In this document: positions 1 through 15,800 of the stretch, one piece after another
Numbering within the stretch: the stretch's first letter is position 1
How the letters are laid out: every line of letters starts with the position of its first letter
NCBI RefSeq assembly: GCF_022539665.2
Contig: NC_081331.1
Location: forward strand, 14,260,001 to 14,324,000
DNA from: Daphnia carinata
Lineage: Eukaryota
Direction of reading: 5' to 3'
Length of the DNA: 64,000 nucleotides
Program-made: the position numbers and the translations under genes
Notes under the pieces: generated by a model
What the model was told of the DNA's origin: nothing
Seen by the model: only the letters and a program-made list of their open reading frames with translations
Database searches by the model: none

Positions 1-203
1 TCTGGTATTAGACGTTCTCTCCAAATTCGGTAGGGGAAGATTTCATTAGATGACTGTGCCGCGTACTTAATCTTTTCTTCACATTGGTTACTGTAGAAAC
101 ACCTGAGATGGCAAAAGTTACCGAATGCGTCAAGGCAACTCTACAGCTGGCCGAGCAATGGAAACTTGTCGAGAAAGAAGACGAGTCAGAAGATGAGCTC
201 TAA
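1..203 (+). CDS. 3' end of an unidentified spliced gene; protein ends in an ER-retention-like EDEL
   Basis: Exon 1..29, GT-AG intron 30..96, exon 97..203. Spliced translation is LVLDVLSKFETPEMAKVTECVKATLQLAEQWKLVEKEDESEDEL*. Confidence 0.6.
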
Positions 204-353
204 AATGAAATGAAATTAAGCCGATTCAAAAATATTTGTGCCTTTGCAAATCCACTCGTTAAAGTTAAATACACTTTATACGTCATTTGTCAAGATTAAA
301 AAAAAAAATGAAATTTATTCATACGTATAAGATTATTGGTGATATGGCTGTGT

Positions 354-1758
<1,405 letters not shown>

Positions 1759-2584
1759 TGTGATATTGTTGTCTGCGGATTTTCTTGTTTTTCGTTTGGA
1801 TCAGACTTGTCAACGAAAAAGGAAGAGTTGAAATCTTAAAGACGTCTCCGCCGTCGTCAGCTTTTCAAAAGGGATTACCGGTGCACTGTTGTCTGATTCC
1901 TCTAATTGGCTTCTTGATGACTGATTGAACAAAATGCATCCAAAGCCAAACGAAGAAGGGAATTATATATCCATCTTAGAGATTTACATATCACATGCAA
2001 CAAAAAGCTTTTTATTATTGCGTGATCCAGATTTGTCAACGGAGAGCTGCACGATATACGTCGGTATTAATGAACCCTCTGCAGACAAAAACTCGCTTGA
2101 GACTTTGGAATGTCATCCGTGTGTGTTCATATCTGTTGAATAGAAAATCCGCATTTTAAAATGCGGAATATTCTTCTTATTAGAGGCCAATATCTTTGAC
2201 ATCCTATACTTGTTGATTTACATCATTATAAGAAACCGATAGGCATATGTGTGGTATTCTTCTTATAGTCTAGGCATAAGCTACAATCATTTTTTGCATG
2301 AGCCGTACAATGTCGAACGACTTTTTGGTTCTGATTTATTTTCGTCGTGAAAATGAAATGGATAGAGAATCACGTTACCTGAAGAAAAAAAAAAATCTCC
2401 GGAGACTCGATTACGCAGAGGCAAGTCAAGCAACAAAAGGCAGGGCAGCATCCTTTCATTAATTAGAAGGTTCTCTGTTGCTGTATAATCATCTCTGTAC
2501 CTTAGCCTCTTGTTCGCTCTCGAGATACACGCCTTCTGGCGATCAATTAGAAAAGACTGCCGAAGCTTTTAAGAACCTTTTCAC

Positions 2585-2606
2585 CACACACACACACACA
2601 CACACA
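2585..2606. repeat. (CA)n microsatellite
   Basis: Visible CA tract. Confidence 0.9.
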
Positions 2607-5600
2607 TATGACTGAATAATTCAATTTTCATATGCTTTTCTTTCTTGGCCACGGTCGACTGGTGTATAGTGGTAAGAATATTTTTGTCTATTGCATCTTG
2701 ACTGCTATATCTACTCTCGGCACGGTCTTCTTTTCTTACTTAGTACTTTCCCTTTTTTGGCCTGTCTTCGGCCTTATTATTTCTCAGGTCTAGTGAGTTT
2801 GTTAGCCCATCGCTTGATGATTGTCTTACGGATGCCTTAATTAGCCAACCAGCACGCACTTTTCATCAAGTTGAATAATAAAGTCTGTGCCAATAGACGG
2901 TTAAAAGTGGGCAGAATCGAGGCATAAAAGAAAACCGCAGGAGCCATTGGGCCTCTTTCATTTTTGAAGTAAAACATATTTAACTCTTGAAATGCCTGTG
3001 ATAAAAAAAAATGGAATCGCATCTGGTGATGTTGTGAATCAATAGATTTATATGTATGTATGGTAGATATATAATTCCTTGCTTAATAGGACCGACTATA
3101 AACAAAGTTCAGTTGGTTGAATTTTAGACTTTTCCGATAGCAACTTTCTCTGCGGATTGGCGTGAATAAAGGCTAGTTTTTGTTATACATACGGTTTCAA
3201 TAGACTAAAGGCGATGAATCATAGATGAATGATCCACATCCCGTCCCTTTTTACGCATTGATAGAAAAGGCCCCTTTTGAAAAAGGAGTAAGATCAAGAA
3301 TAACCTTTTCGTGTATACAATGGTACTATATACTCACTGACAAGTTGCATATAGCTAATGAGCTGTAACTGCTGTCTTGGATAGACTTTCTCCACTGTCC
3401 GCGTTATCAGCAGCTATACAAGTAAGCCTTCAGCCTAATATATAAATTGTATATAATTGAGGCACCTTTTTCCTGTGAAATGCGACTTTTAATGATCTTT
3501 AAGGTGCAGCTGTTTGTAATTGGGAGTACCGTAGCCCATTTAATGTCTGGTAGTAGGTACACATGAACTTGTTGGCGAAGTTTTGTGGGTACACTATCAG
3601 CTATAGATAATCATGCAAGTCTAACCAAATAAACTTATTTCGCCATTTATGAATCCGTCAGATCAGATAATGAACTTTTTGGTGCCTATTCCCACCAAAA
3701 TCAAATTGTAAGAGTTTCTTTTGATTACACGGACGTAAAATATCTAAAGGATACCAACACACATACATAAGCTCCCCAAATTTAAATCTGATTGGCTTGT
3801 GCAGAGAGAATTCTCTTTTTTTTTTCTTTTCCATATTCAGCGCTCATCATTTTCGTCCTCAATACATTTGCGTGTGTGAATAGTCTTAAATTAAAAAAAA
3901 AAGAGATTGGGAGCTAATTTACGAAAGAAAGAGGCAATATAATATATGCAGCAGCAATTGATCCTCTTTTCTTTGTGATTATTCCTCTCCTTTTTCTTCC
4001 TATTACAGCCTTCCCCTATTATTATTTTCTACATATCTTTTTGGAGCCCCGTCTGTTGGTTCCGGCTCCGGGGATGCCCACTGATAAATATTCCAGCAGC
4101 CCTAAACTCTTTCTTTTCTTTTCTCTCGTGATGTAATAATGCCGTCGAGTCAAAGACAAAGAAAAAAAGAACGCTGTGCCTTCAGACACAACATACATAG
4201 CAATTTTTAAAAACAAAGTTTTCGAATCGTGTTCTATATGAGTCTGTGCCGTTGTTATTTTAATTTGCCTAGTGATTCATCTTCCCGTTCTTTTCGTGTG
4301 TACCTCATTGGCTGCCGAAGTCGGTGGATCTGAACACAAAAATTGATAAGAAAAGGCACGAAATAATTGAAGAATGAAAAAGAAAAAAGGTGACTCGACC
4401 CTGTATGGTTTATTTCTTCTTTCGCTTTTGCATATTTAGGCCTATGTACTGAATCTCTATACAGTATACCTATTTACTCACTGATATATAGGTTTTAAGC
4501 TTCTTTTGCCGTCGTTGTTCTTTACGTCTTCGACGAACCGCAAACAAAAAGAACGGCAGAACCAAAAGCAGCTTATATTTGCATCTTTCTTGTGAAACTT
4601 TGTTTCCATCATTTCGTTGCATCGGTGGCGATATTGCTTGTTCTTATTTCGAGGCTTGAATATTGGGGAAGAAAAGGGGACCGGTGGCTGATAGATGAGA
4701 ACTCTGATGGGCTGGAAAATATTCAAATCGTTTCCTTATAGAGTTGATATCTATGGCCTTTTATAAATATAGTGGAGCAATGAGCACAAAAGGAAAAAGG
4801 CGAACCCGCACGGGGGAGTGAATGACGGTGTGCACCTCAGCCAAAAACTATTCGGTTTTTCCCGACTCTTTTAAGAAAATGGAAAAGAAGCTTATCAATG
4901 TGGCTGGGTTCATAAATATATTTTTGAATATTTCGTATTAGAGAAATATCTATAAGAAGAAGAAAAAGAGATTTGATGATTTTCAATCGCCAACATCTCT
5001 TCAGATTGCATCTAGATAGGCTCACTCTCTTTTATCGCGTTCCCCGCACCCCATCTCACAGATATCAGCCGATTGAAAGAACAGAGGTAAATACCCTCCC
5101 CCCCAGCAAAAAAAAAACTCTTTGCCCACTAAACAAAACGAACGGAGAAAAGAATTAAATACATGAACAAAAAAAAAGGGGGGGGAGAAAAGATGAAGAG
5201 TTCAGTGAATCGTGAATTCCCGCATGTATATATATAATCCCTGTGCTGGCAGTAGAGCAATTGATTGAAAATCCTTCAGTCGTCCTTTGCATATAATTGG
5301 ACCAATCTTCCACTTTTTTTTTGTTCACAATCCCATCTACTTTTTGTATCCTACGTTGTAATATGTTTAGATTTTCCTATTTGTTCGTTTCCCGCGTATC
5401 ACTTGTCTACAAAATACAAAGTTCCATAACGTATAGGAATTGATAGAAATGCTTGCACAGGTAGACAAAAAAAATTATAAATTATTATTTAAAAGTATTC
5501 AAGCAATGAGACGATATTTAGCAGAAAATGCTAATGTCGTAATACATTTCTCTATTTTTTTTGGTTTAGATCGATGTCATGAGAATAAACTAATAGCTAG

Positions 5601-8576
5601 AACATACATAGCAGGCCCTTTTTGATTCAACTCATTTAAAAAGAGAAAAAAAGAAATGCGATCAAAGTTTGAAAAGAATTTAACAAGTTTTTGGTGCTGA
5701 TGAGACTTCATTGATGAGCATATGGACGGATGATTTTGTAGGCAAACTATGTATGCTAAATAGCTCATATTTTTCGGCAGCAGCACTACTAATGCACTCA
5801 TCTATATAGGCTTCCTATAGGCGCAAGCATTTGCCTCCCTTTTTTTAATTAGCATCGGCAACTTCCTAACTTTTTATTGTCAACTCCGATGGCAGCAGAG
5901 ACACCCACATGATTGTATAAAGACCCGCTCTTACATCTCTTGTTTCGAGAACAGCGTAGAGTTTAACAGATCTCCCTCTTGAGCCTTAATCAACTCATTA
6001 TTCTTCCATTTCTCTCCTTCTCCCCCAATTTTTTTAACACACTCACTATACCTTTTGTTCTTTTTCTCCGTTTTTCTTTGATAATCAAGTCGTGCAATCG
6101 AATCATTCGTCCTTTAAACAGCAGAGTGGAAATATGGGCGAACCCAAAGAAAAGAAAATTCTTGTTTGAAGAACAAAATTTTGATAAATGTCTGGCTCAT
6201 AATTTCAAATGAGAAAGGAAATTGGCTGTTTTTTAAGCGATTCGGCTGTGCCTTGAAAAAATATATATATTTCTTGTCTATAGCCATGAAACATTTGCTC
6301 ATTAAAATATCATCCTCAAAGGTGTCTATAAATACGCTCGAGTTCAACACGCGCTTGGATTTTCCTCTTCCATCGCGATACAATAAGACAATGCCTGAAT
6401 GAAAAGCCATAAATATATTTATTGATAAAGCCTGTCATTATAACCGAGCATCTGAATCTATTTGACGGTATGTGGGCAATGGATGTGAACGATTTTTGAC
6501 GCGTCTTGGTGGCGGCGGATCCGGATACCGGACGTGCGCTGCAACACGAAAGATTATAGCCTGTCTATTATAGAAAAAGGCCATCTTATCGTGTTATCAA
6601 TTCGCTTTGATGACAGTGACGTGCGGCTGCAGCCAAGTCAACTTCATTAATACATTTTTAAAAAGGGAACACAAATACTACTAAGACTTGTTTCCCTACA
6701 TGTAGAGACAAAACTTGGAGGATATGCGTACACAATGAAGGTGAGCGGAAGTAAACAGAGTCGTAAGAATTGAATTATGCAAAAAAAATAGAGCATGCAA
6801 TCATAATAGAGCGTGACATTTGTATGGGGTTTTCATCTGCCGTATGTGTACGCTGATTAGAAATAGATAAACTTTGTGTTTTTTAAACCGCATTAAACAG
6901 ATACTGATGTCACAGGGATTCGGAATATCCGTACACAACCAGGATGTTTATATAATTGATTTGTATACAGACTCCGTGTATTACAACAGGAACGCGTGAT
7001 TTTGTAATCTGGGAACATATCCCTTTTTCCATATTGATGCATATTTATATTGGAAAAGGTGACACACGTGTACGCTGTATAAGACTTCTATATGTCTATA
7101 GCACGTGAATGTATAACCTGGTGTGTGAAACAATTAATAGAGACTACACCGTACGTAAGTTTATTACCTAATATGAAGCGCTTATGGCATCAGTCTACAA
7201 TGCGGACATACTCGTCCAGACGGACACGTGAAAATGTAAAATCAAAAAATGGCGATTCTTTAAATGATATGGTAAAAACAGGAGCAGGTAATAAAAGTCT
7301 AGACTCTTGTAGCACAACTTTGTTTTTATTTGTGTGTGTGTCTACACGTGGGTAATATGGCCGCCCAATTGAAAGAATAAATCTATACGCAGATATAAAG
7401 GTGCATTGACGACTTGCTACATACTCTTATCTATTATCGTATAAGCCGATTAGAAATGCCTGCAAAGTTGACGGTGGTATACGCACGCACGGCCCGCTGA
7501 ATTCTATTATGTGCAACTATCACGGATGCGCACGGGAAGAACAAACACCGCATGAGAGAAACACTCTTTTGCACGCGTGTGTGTACCAATAACTGCCATT
7601 TTAAATCCCATTTTTATCAATGTATTTTATAATCAGTCTATTGAAGTGCGCCATTTTCAATGGGCTCGCCTCTTCGAGACTACAGAACGGCTAATAGCCC
7701 TGTGCATTGCTCTCTACACGGCCGTGCGTTCGACTGACGTTCAATGAATAGGAAAGGCGGCCCAATCAAAACTTTCTTGCCGATGACAAAGTTTCTTCGT
7801 GTATCTGCCAGCTATAATGCAGAATATATACACAAATGATACATCACGAGAAAAATAATAAAGAGGGAATGCTTGGTGCACAGGTGTTCTTTCTCTTTCG
7901 CTGTTTCTTTATAACAAAAGACTTTGCTGCACGTCCCCGTACATCTGCATGTTGTGGCCTGTTCTCTTGGCTCAACTCTTTTGATTATACACGTTCATGG
8001 AAAATATCACGAAACTACACGCGCCGTAGATAAATAAGCTGGTCTTTCTCCATGTTTCACCGGTAAGTCTACGTATCCTCTTGTTCGCAATTAGAAGCGC
8101 TATATAAAAGCAAATGTTCTTGTTATTCAAGCAGCTGCCATTTTCTTTTCTATTTGATTGTAGTCGACTGTTAAAACAATTGCAATTCAATCAGCTGAAT
8201 ATATACATTTCAGATGAAATCGTTATTCAAGAAAAGCTATCAAGGAAATGACACATCATCGGCAAGCGTCTTTGTCGTGCGTGCATGTTTGTGTGTCAAT
8301 GTCATCCACCTTGATCGGAATGGATAAGAAGGGCAGGAAATCAAAAACTCTTGATCAATTTAAAGACTTTTTTTGCACTAACTTTTCTCATTGACATTAT
8401 TGGCCGATCTTGAGAATAAGTGTCTTAAAAACAGTCATCTTGTTTAACCATCTTTGACCAACAACAGCCAATGTACATTTACAGAAATTGCGTTAGCAGT
8501 TGGCAACGGATATCCGCAGCTGATGTACACGAACAGCTAGACAACCTATCAAAATATAAATATTTGATGGTCGACA

Positions 8577-8600
8577 GTTTTTTTTTTTTTTTTTTTTTTT
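8577..8600. repeat. poly(T) tract
   Basis: About 24 consecutive T. Confidence 0.9.
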
Positions 8601-9845
8601 CACTTACAAATATAAAGCTGCTGATGTATGAGGATTAGCCGTGAGCGCACAGCAACGCAGACTAATAAATATATAGAGGGATAATGTGAAATATATCAAC
8701 GTCATTTATCCCTTTTTTTTCGTTTTGGCTTTATCTTTTCTTTTTAATATACCACATCTTTCATCATCATTTCGGACTTGAGGATTTTCAATTTATTTTT
8801 AGTTTTTTTTTTTGGTGGCCAGCTGCGTGATTTAAGGACGCGTTTAATTCATTATGGGCGTTCAAAAGAATCAAGTCGCTTTTTAATCCTTTTGTAAAAG
8901 TCAAACGTTTTGGGGCGTGTGTTTAGAGACGGGCTTTCTATATACGTTTAGGCCAACCATTTAATACGATAATATAGTACAGGCTTTGTCTAGGATGCGT
9001 GATGAATGCTGACGCCCAGCGATTTCATAAGATGACGATTATTGCACAGCTGAGTTTAAAGATTAGAAATCCTTAGTATAAATCTTGAGATTACGTCGTT
9101 TCAACCTGAACATCAGCACTCGTCTTTGACGAAAGGCATTTTCTCCAAATAAAATGAAGGTTGAATCATTTTTCATTGGAAATGCACAACCACAGGAAAA
9201 GCTCACAGCACTCGATTCGCTTTAATCCTCCCGTCATCTCTTAGAGCGTATTATCCCATTCCTCTTGAGAATTATCAAGTATCATTCATACTCGTCTCCT
9301 AGGGTTACTGAAATCTTCTTTAAATGGCTAATGCTTTTTTAATTCCAAACTTAAAACCGGTGGTTTTTTTTTTACGTTTATTATTTGTGTTGTTTTTGTT
9401 GTTTTGTCGGGGAATTTGGAAAAAAAACAAATGAACGGAAATAACGGATGGCACACGACACGTTGTCCAACTTGTGAACACGAGAGGAATCAGGGAGTGG
9501 AAGAACATTTGCGACAAGAGATTATTTTGTTATTATTTTCATAATACAACGATGACAATCACACATTGATACAGCAGGAGGGGCGAGAACAATAAAGAAA
9601 AAGAACAAGAGTTACATGTACCCTTGATGTGAACAACAAAGACACACGCCACAATCACGAGAAAAACAAATTCATTGTTTTTGTTTCGGGAGGGTCGAAA
9701 AATGGTGCAACAAAGAAATGGCAAATAAAATGACGACTAGGCTCGCAGAGAAAAACAAAAACAAGGGAATATCAAAAAGTCAATCGATTACAATTTTCAA
9801 CGAATAATAAGAAAAAAAAACGAGTCCAATTAGTTGACAGGTGGA

Positions 9846-12800
9846 TCAGAGCGAAAGTTTGAGCCGTTTGCATTTGGCGCGACGGTTCTTGAACCAAAAT
9901 TGGACATTTTTCGGCTCCAATTTGGGGAATTTGAGCCGGTAGGGCTGCCGGTTGAGTTCTTCCGTGTAGCGCAACACCAGAGAGTGAGACGGATGCGTGT
10001 TCAACGAGAACCAGTGCTCCAGACGGGGCACTTCCGTCACGGGATCGATGAAGGTCCGGTTGCGTTTACGACGGTCGTCGCTGCAATTGCCCACGCCAGA
10101 CGACGAGGTCAGACTCAACGGATCGATGCCGATGCCTCCGCGCGATGAAGACGACGACGACGACTGATGGTGATGCAGGTGATGAGCCAATCCAGCGGCG
10201 GCGGCGGCGGCTGCAGCCGCTGCGGCCGCCGACTGATGGTGCAACAACGAAGATCCAATGCCTTGTAAATAGGGTGACGTCATGTAGACTAGCCCGTGCG
10301 GATTCAGTTGTGCGTGACTCAAATTCAAACCTGAAAATCCCGAATAGCCGCCGCTCGATCCTGTTCCAGACGCCGCAGCGGCCGCGTAATCTTGGCTGCT
10401 CGACGAACCGCTCGTGTTGTGTTGAAGAAGCGGATCCACCTTCTTGTGATTGTGATGGCTTCCATCGGCCATTGCGTCCGACGGGTGTTTGGATAGCGAC
10501 AGATTTTCAGCGTAATCTTCCAGTTCGGAATCGGATTCACCCGACGCTTGAGATCCAATGTCATCGTCGTCGTCCAAATCAGCACCGTCGTCGACTCCGT
10601 TGAGCGGAAGGCCAGGCGGCTGAATGACGGCATCCACCGCTTGTTGTTCCGGCTCGTCCGTGTTGTTTTCGTGATGAGTTTTCGTGTCCCGCTCGTCGCA
10701 GCTGCTGCTGCGGTTCAGATCCAACGGCTCCAATTTCAGCGGAAGGACCGACGATGGATGCGTCGAAGAGAAGCTTCGCCTAGAGCGATCAGAAACTGAT
10801 GAATTGGCGTCCTCGTCTTCATCCTCTTCGTCCATGTCTTCTTCGTCGTCGTCGATGGGATCCTCTTCCTCGGCCATCATGCGGTGATGGCGTCGGCGTC
10901 GGCGATGGCGATCCCCATCAGAACTTTCTTCCTCCTCTTCGTCTTCGCCAGCCAAGCGGCCGGATGCGGAAAGATGCATCCCTTCACGCATCGCATGGCC
11001 CGTTGTCATCCAAGATCCATTGGATTCTCTTCCGCCAGTCAAATGATGATTTCCGCCTCGCACTTCCGCCCGTTTAAACGCGGCACGTGCGTTTTTGAAC
11101 CAATACACCAAATTGCTAACATCCAGCGGTTTGCGTCCACGCCTCGATTCCAGTTCGTTCAGCTCCTGGACGTAGAGTTGCAACTGGAAGCGAGTCGGGT
11201 GTTGATTCTCGGCAAACCAGCGCTGGAGACGCGGCAATTTCTTGTTCCGGGTCGAAGGTGGTCCTCATGCGGACGCGAGGAGCGGCCGCCGACGAGGCAA
11301 CGGCCGACACATCTCGAGATAATTGAGACGAAGACGATGACGAATGAAGACCAGTCGACATGCAGACATTATTGTTATTCTCTGATCCAGGTGGTTGATC
11401 GTTGTTGCTGCTCGGACTGTGACGTTGTTGATGATTCATTTTATCGTTACTAGATCGAGTCATCATCAAATGCTGTTGTTGTTGTTGTTGTTGCGTCGGT
11501 GTTGGAGGGCTAGGACGGAGCATTTCCTGTTGGAACCAAACGTCAAACTGTCGACGAGCATCGGCAGATGGCGTTGCTGGTCGTTCTCCTCTCATCACTT
11601 TTTGTTGCCATTTCTTTGTAATAAGAAAAAATGTTTCATTTAATTTTGTCGATTAGATTGTAGTAAAAGGATATACCTCGTCTAAAGGGAAACGGGTATT
11701 GTTGATTAAATGTTGGCTCTGAGTCATTAACCACCTCAACACTTTGTTCTTCATCTCTGATTGGTGGTTGCTCGCATTGCTGCTGTAATTCCTATTTGTG
11801 TTTTGCAATTCATTTTTAATGATGTACTCTGAAAAAAGAAAACAGCGTGAATGTCATAATGGAAATACCTTCTGACGTAAATGCGGAGTGTGGCAACGGT
11901 GGTCAATTCGCCAAGGACTCCGCCAACAGTTTCCCTTTCGCTGCTGGCGATTTGAGTCAAACTTAAGGGACGCCAATTTTTCATCATCAGCCAACCTGTT
12001 GGACAATTCTTCCAATTAGGACCGTGGCATTTCCGAGGAATTTTTTTTTTCCAATTAAAGAAAAAAAAATGCAAACCGGTTGCATTAAAGATGACGTCTT
12101 CAGTGTATCCGAGTTTACGGAGGACAACGGGGACGATTTGATTGAATAACGTCGATGCCGGAATGATGGCGTAACTGTCGACATCGACCGATTCCTCCGC
12201 TTGATGGCCACTGTTGCACGTCGCTTTGGTTGGAGTCGTAGCTCCGCCTTCGATTCCACCACTTGCGCTAGGCGTCGAAATCATGGCCGCATCGGCCAAA
12301 TAACACGGCGTCGTCGTGTTCATCACCACGCAGTGCACTGGAATCGATTTGCCTATTGAATTCAAGTTTGAACATTAAACATCGAAATAAATAAAAAAAC
12401 TCAAAACTGATATCCGTAAGAAGAGAAGAGAAAAAAAAAATAGAAGAAAGAGGAAGGGATTCATTTCCGAGAGCTGTCACGGCAGCCGGAGATTAGACTA
12501 ATCCCGATGGATAGAAGCTGCGGATGAAAATGGAACGAGATAAAAAAAAAAAAAGTCTTATTTCCTACGAGATGGTGCGTTCCCTTCGGCAAAAGAAAAA
12601 AAAAAGGGGGAGAATTAGAAAGAGGGTGAAAATCCGTAGAAGACGGGAGGTTGGGGAGTTATAAGACGAGGATTTATCGAGCGGGGTGAAGAAACGAAAG
12701 AGACGATGGGCCTCCACAATTGCACATTTTCTTGACAACACATTCAAAGTGCATTTTCACTTGAAAATAGCGTACGCCATCTAACGGCTAATTTACGGGT

Positions 12801-15800
12801 ATACATAATAATGAATCCACTCTATGGCCCCACGACAATGTCGTACCTAAAGACCTCGATGTGGATCTAAACACGTGATTTTATTCCATTGAACTGGTCG
12901 CGTCTTGTAGACATGAGGAAGAAAAGGGAGATGATGGGGAACGACGGAGGGGGAAAAAAAAACCCCTAAAAAAAGACGTGAAGGTTACGGATGGAAGAGC
13001 TTTATCGATTTTTAAGCTGCCAGTTTTAAGCCAAATCCCCCAAAGCCGTCCCCGTCCCGTCTCGCCATTCCCTCCTCCCTTTTTTTTTTTTCTTTCTTTT
13101 TTCTCAAATCCTCCCGAGCCGAGTGGGAGCACATCCTAACCCCCTCCTCCTCCTCCTCCTCCTCCTCTCTCGATAGCACCGCAGCAGCACAGACCACCTT
13201 CTTTTGTACTGGCTACGAAGCCAATGCCTCCAGATTGGGGGCCTTTGCTTGGCTATAGCGGTGGCGCTGCTCGACACTACACACAGTGATGTGACACAGC
13301 CCAAAACAACTCATTCAATATGCATTTCAGGGTAATTTTTCGTTCCGGTTTTGTAGCCAACTTGTTTCTTTCATCTCACAGCGAAATGATGGACGAAATG
13401 ATGCAATGAACACGTTGGCAGGTGGCTTGACGGATACGATACGCAAGCCGTTGTCCGTGGACTGTTTGTAAGAGGGAATAGACGAAAATGCTCACCACAT
13501 TCGACAAAAATAGGAGAATGATTCTCCATTTCGACACGCATGTCGGAATTCTTCATGACATCCAATGGCACCTCTCTTTTGCCACACAAACAACACAGAT
13601 TCTTGTTCCAACGACGAAACACAAATTCACAATGGAAAATAAGATGCAACACGAATGTCCAAAGCGAACCTGCTCGCAAGCAGAGCACACAGCGTCTGCC
13701 TTCAAGACGTCGTCTGCTAAAGCTCAAGTCTTTCTCTCCCTCCTTCCCCAGGAGGCTTGGATGATGAGGGTTGGAGAGACAGTGGTTCCACCTTGAGGCT
13801 AATCTTTCTGCTAAACAGCGGGAAAAACAGTTGCCTTTCTCTAATCTCAAAGACGCATTTGCACATTTGTATTCTTTTTGTCCCATTATCGGATTATTCA
13901 ATACAAAGATAAACGTCAGCGATAGACGTGATTATCCGTGAGAAAAAGAAATCCTTGAAAAGAGTTTTCTTCTTTGTTGAAATGGTCGTGAAAAATGAAA
14001 GAAACCTTTTCATTTTCGCTGTTTTTTTTTTAACGTGGAAAAAGGTCTAGTGAGTCGTAAAGGTAAACCACTTATTTATTGGAGACTAAGTCAGCAGAGA
14101 TAAGTGACTTTTTTGTGTGTGTGTGTCTGTGTGTTATATATTAAAGAATGATGCAAATAAATAAGTTCCATGTCTTGTGCAGCCGAAAAGGGATTTTCTA
14201 GTGCCTCTTTTGCCTACTCCTCCCCCCTTTTTCTCCGTTGACTTTGCAACACCACTTCCACTACGGCTTCCGGATTAGGAATCCTTCCCTCGCAGAGTCA
14301 AAGTGACTTAACACGGAAGCAAAGAAGGAAAAAAGAAAAGCGATTAAGGTCTGTTCCTTGTTTTTTCTTCGATAGCAAGGGCGTGGACGCATAAGAGACT
14401 TGGGACACAAAAGATGAAAGACTTTTCCTCGCCGCATTTTCTTATTTGAAGAGAGACGGTGAGTTAAAGTGGATATCGAAGCTGAAAAAAGAAATACATT
14501 CCAACGTGTTACCACATTGAAATGCATTTGGGGCGTGGCGGCCACATGGTGACGGGCAAAAACAGAAGCATAAAAAGCCAATCGTATTTTTTGTTTGTTT
14601 TTTTAAAAGCTATTTCATCGCATTTTCTCTTTGGTACACGTAAGAATAGCAGAGCCACAGGAAAAGTCTATAAGAAATGGCTAATCCTCTTTAGCGTCTC
14701 GTGACGAGCTTTTATGTTTCTAGAAGTCCCCGTCTTTTGTACTTGTAGTATTTTTGCTACAGCACAACAGACACTTGAGTCCCTCTACTAAGTAAAGCCA
14801 AAGCGTAGAGCGCAAAAGCTTCTCTGACTCTGGAAATCCAATCAGAAAAAAAAAGAAGGCCAAAAAAAGAGATCGAGAGATGACACGGACACAACGAGAG
14901 AGAATCCATGTTGGTGTGACATTTGAATTTTAGTTTAGTTTGGCTATAAGAAGAAAAAGGAGGGACGGACATGAGTATGACGCATGGATGGAGCGCCAAA
15001 CAGGGGTTTCCCTCTTATTCAAATGTAGACTTCATCACAATTCTTTTTCTTGACGACGCATGTACCGTAGTATTTTTAATCCTCTCAATACTTGGTCCCG
15101 CGTCATGGGTTCGTTCATTTTTTGGCTTTTCTTAAAAGATCAAACCTTTTTCTTTTACTCGACTTCGAATGGCTTCTTCTTGACCAGCTAAAGGAACAAA
15201 AATGGCCTCCCACACAGAGACGGATGAATAGTTAATAAAACTATACGAAATATTTCATTGGAACATGTAAAGAATAATTGGAACTATAGACGCATTGTTG
15301 AATGGATATTTATACGTGACTGGTTAGCTCGGTTATCGGCTTACGTATCTACTGACGACCCGTTCTGGTGTCACTCTTAATCTATACGCAGCTCTTCCTC
15401 TCTCTCTCTATAAAACACAATAATAAAGAAAGAAAAGAGACACACACAAGAGAATAAAGTTTACAGGATAAACCCGAAAATTCAAAGAATAAAAAGAGGA
15501 TTGTAAGAAAGAAAAAAAAAACCGAACAGCGCCCGGTTGGGCAAAACGCATCCGCCAAGCTCAATCCGGGCCAAAAGCTTGAAACATGTCCTTCGCTAGT
15601 TCTGTGGGTCCATAATCCGCTTATACACATACATACACACACACACACACACAGAGGTTCTCTGTACAGGCTGAGCAGTCTGTGCGCGACGCATAGAGCC
15701 CGAGGATTTATAACATCGTCTAGTACAACTACTACACATCATCCGCCATCTATATTTGAGATATCACATCCTATAAACTTTGCTGGGTGCTGGATTTCAT

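Noticed and set aside
1925..9724. Many 60-100 aa ORFs in the track
   Set aside because: Low-complexity F/K/L-rich translations of AT-rich DNA, often with non-ATG starts, with no domains or splice structure.
9846..11237. 463 aa ORF as a standalone gene, or programmed frameshifting in dve
   Set aside because: It starts at a TTG in mid-homeodomain. No recognisable slippery site is present, so an indel error or allele is simpler.
9834..11643. Plus-strand ORFs overlapping dve
   Set aside because: Antisense shadows of a GC-rich coding exon.
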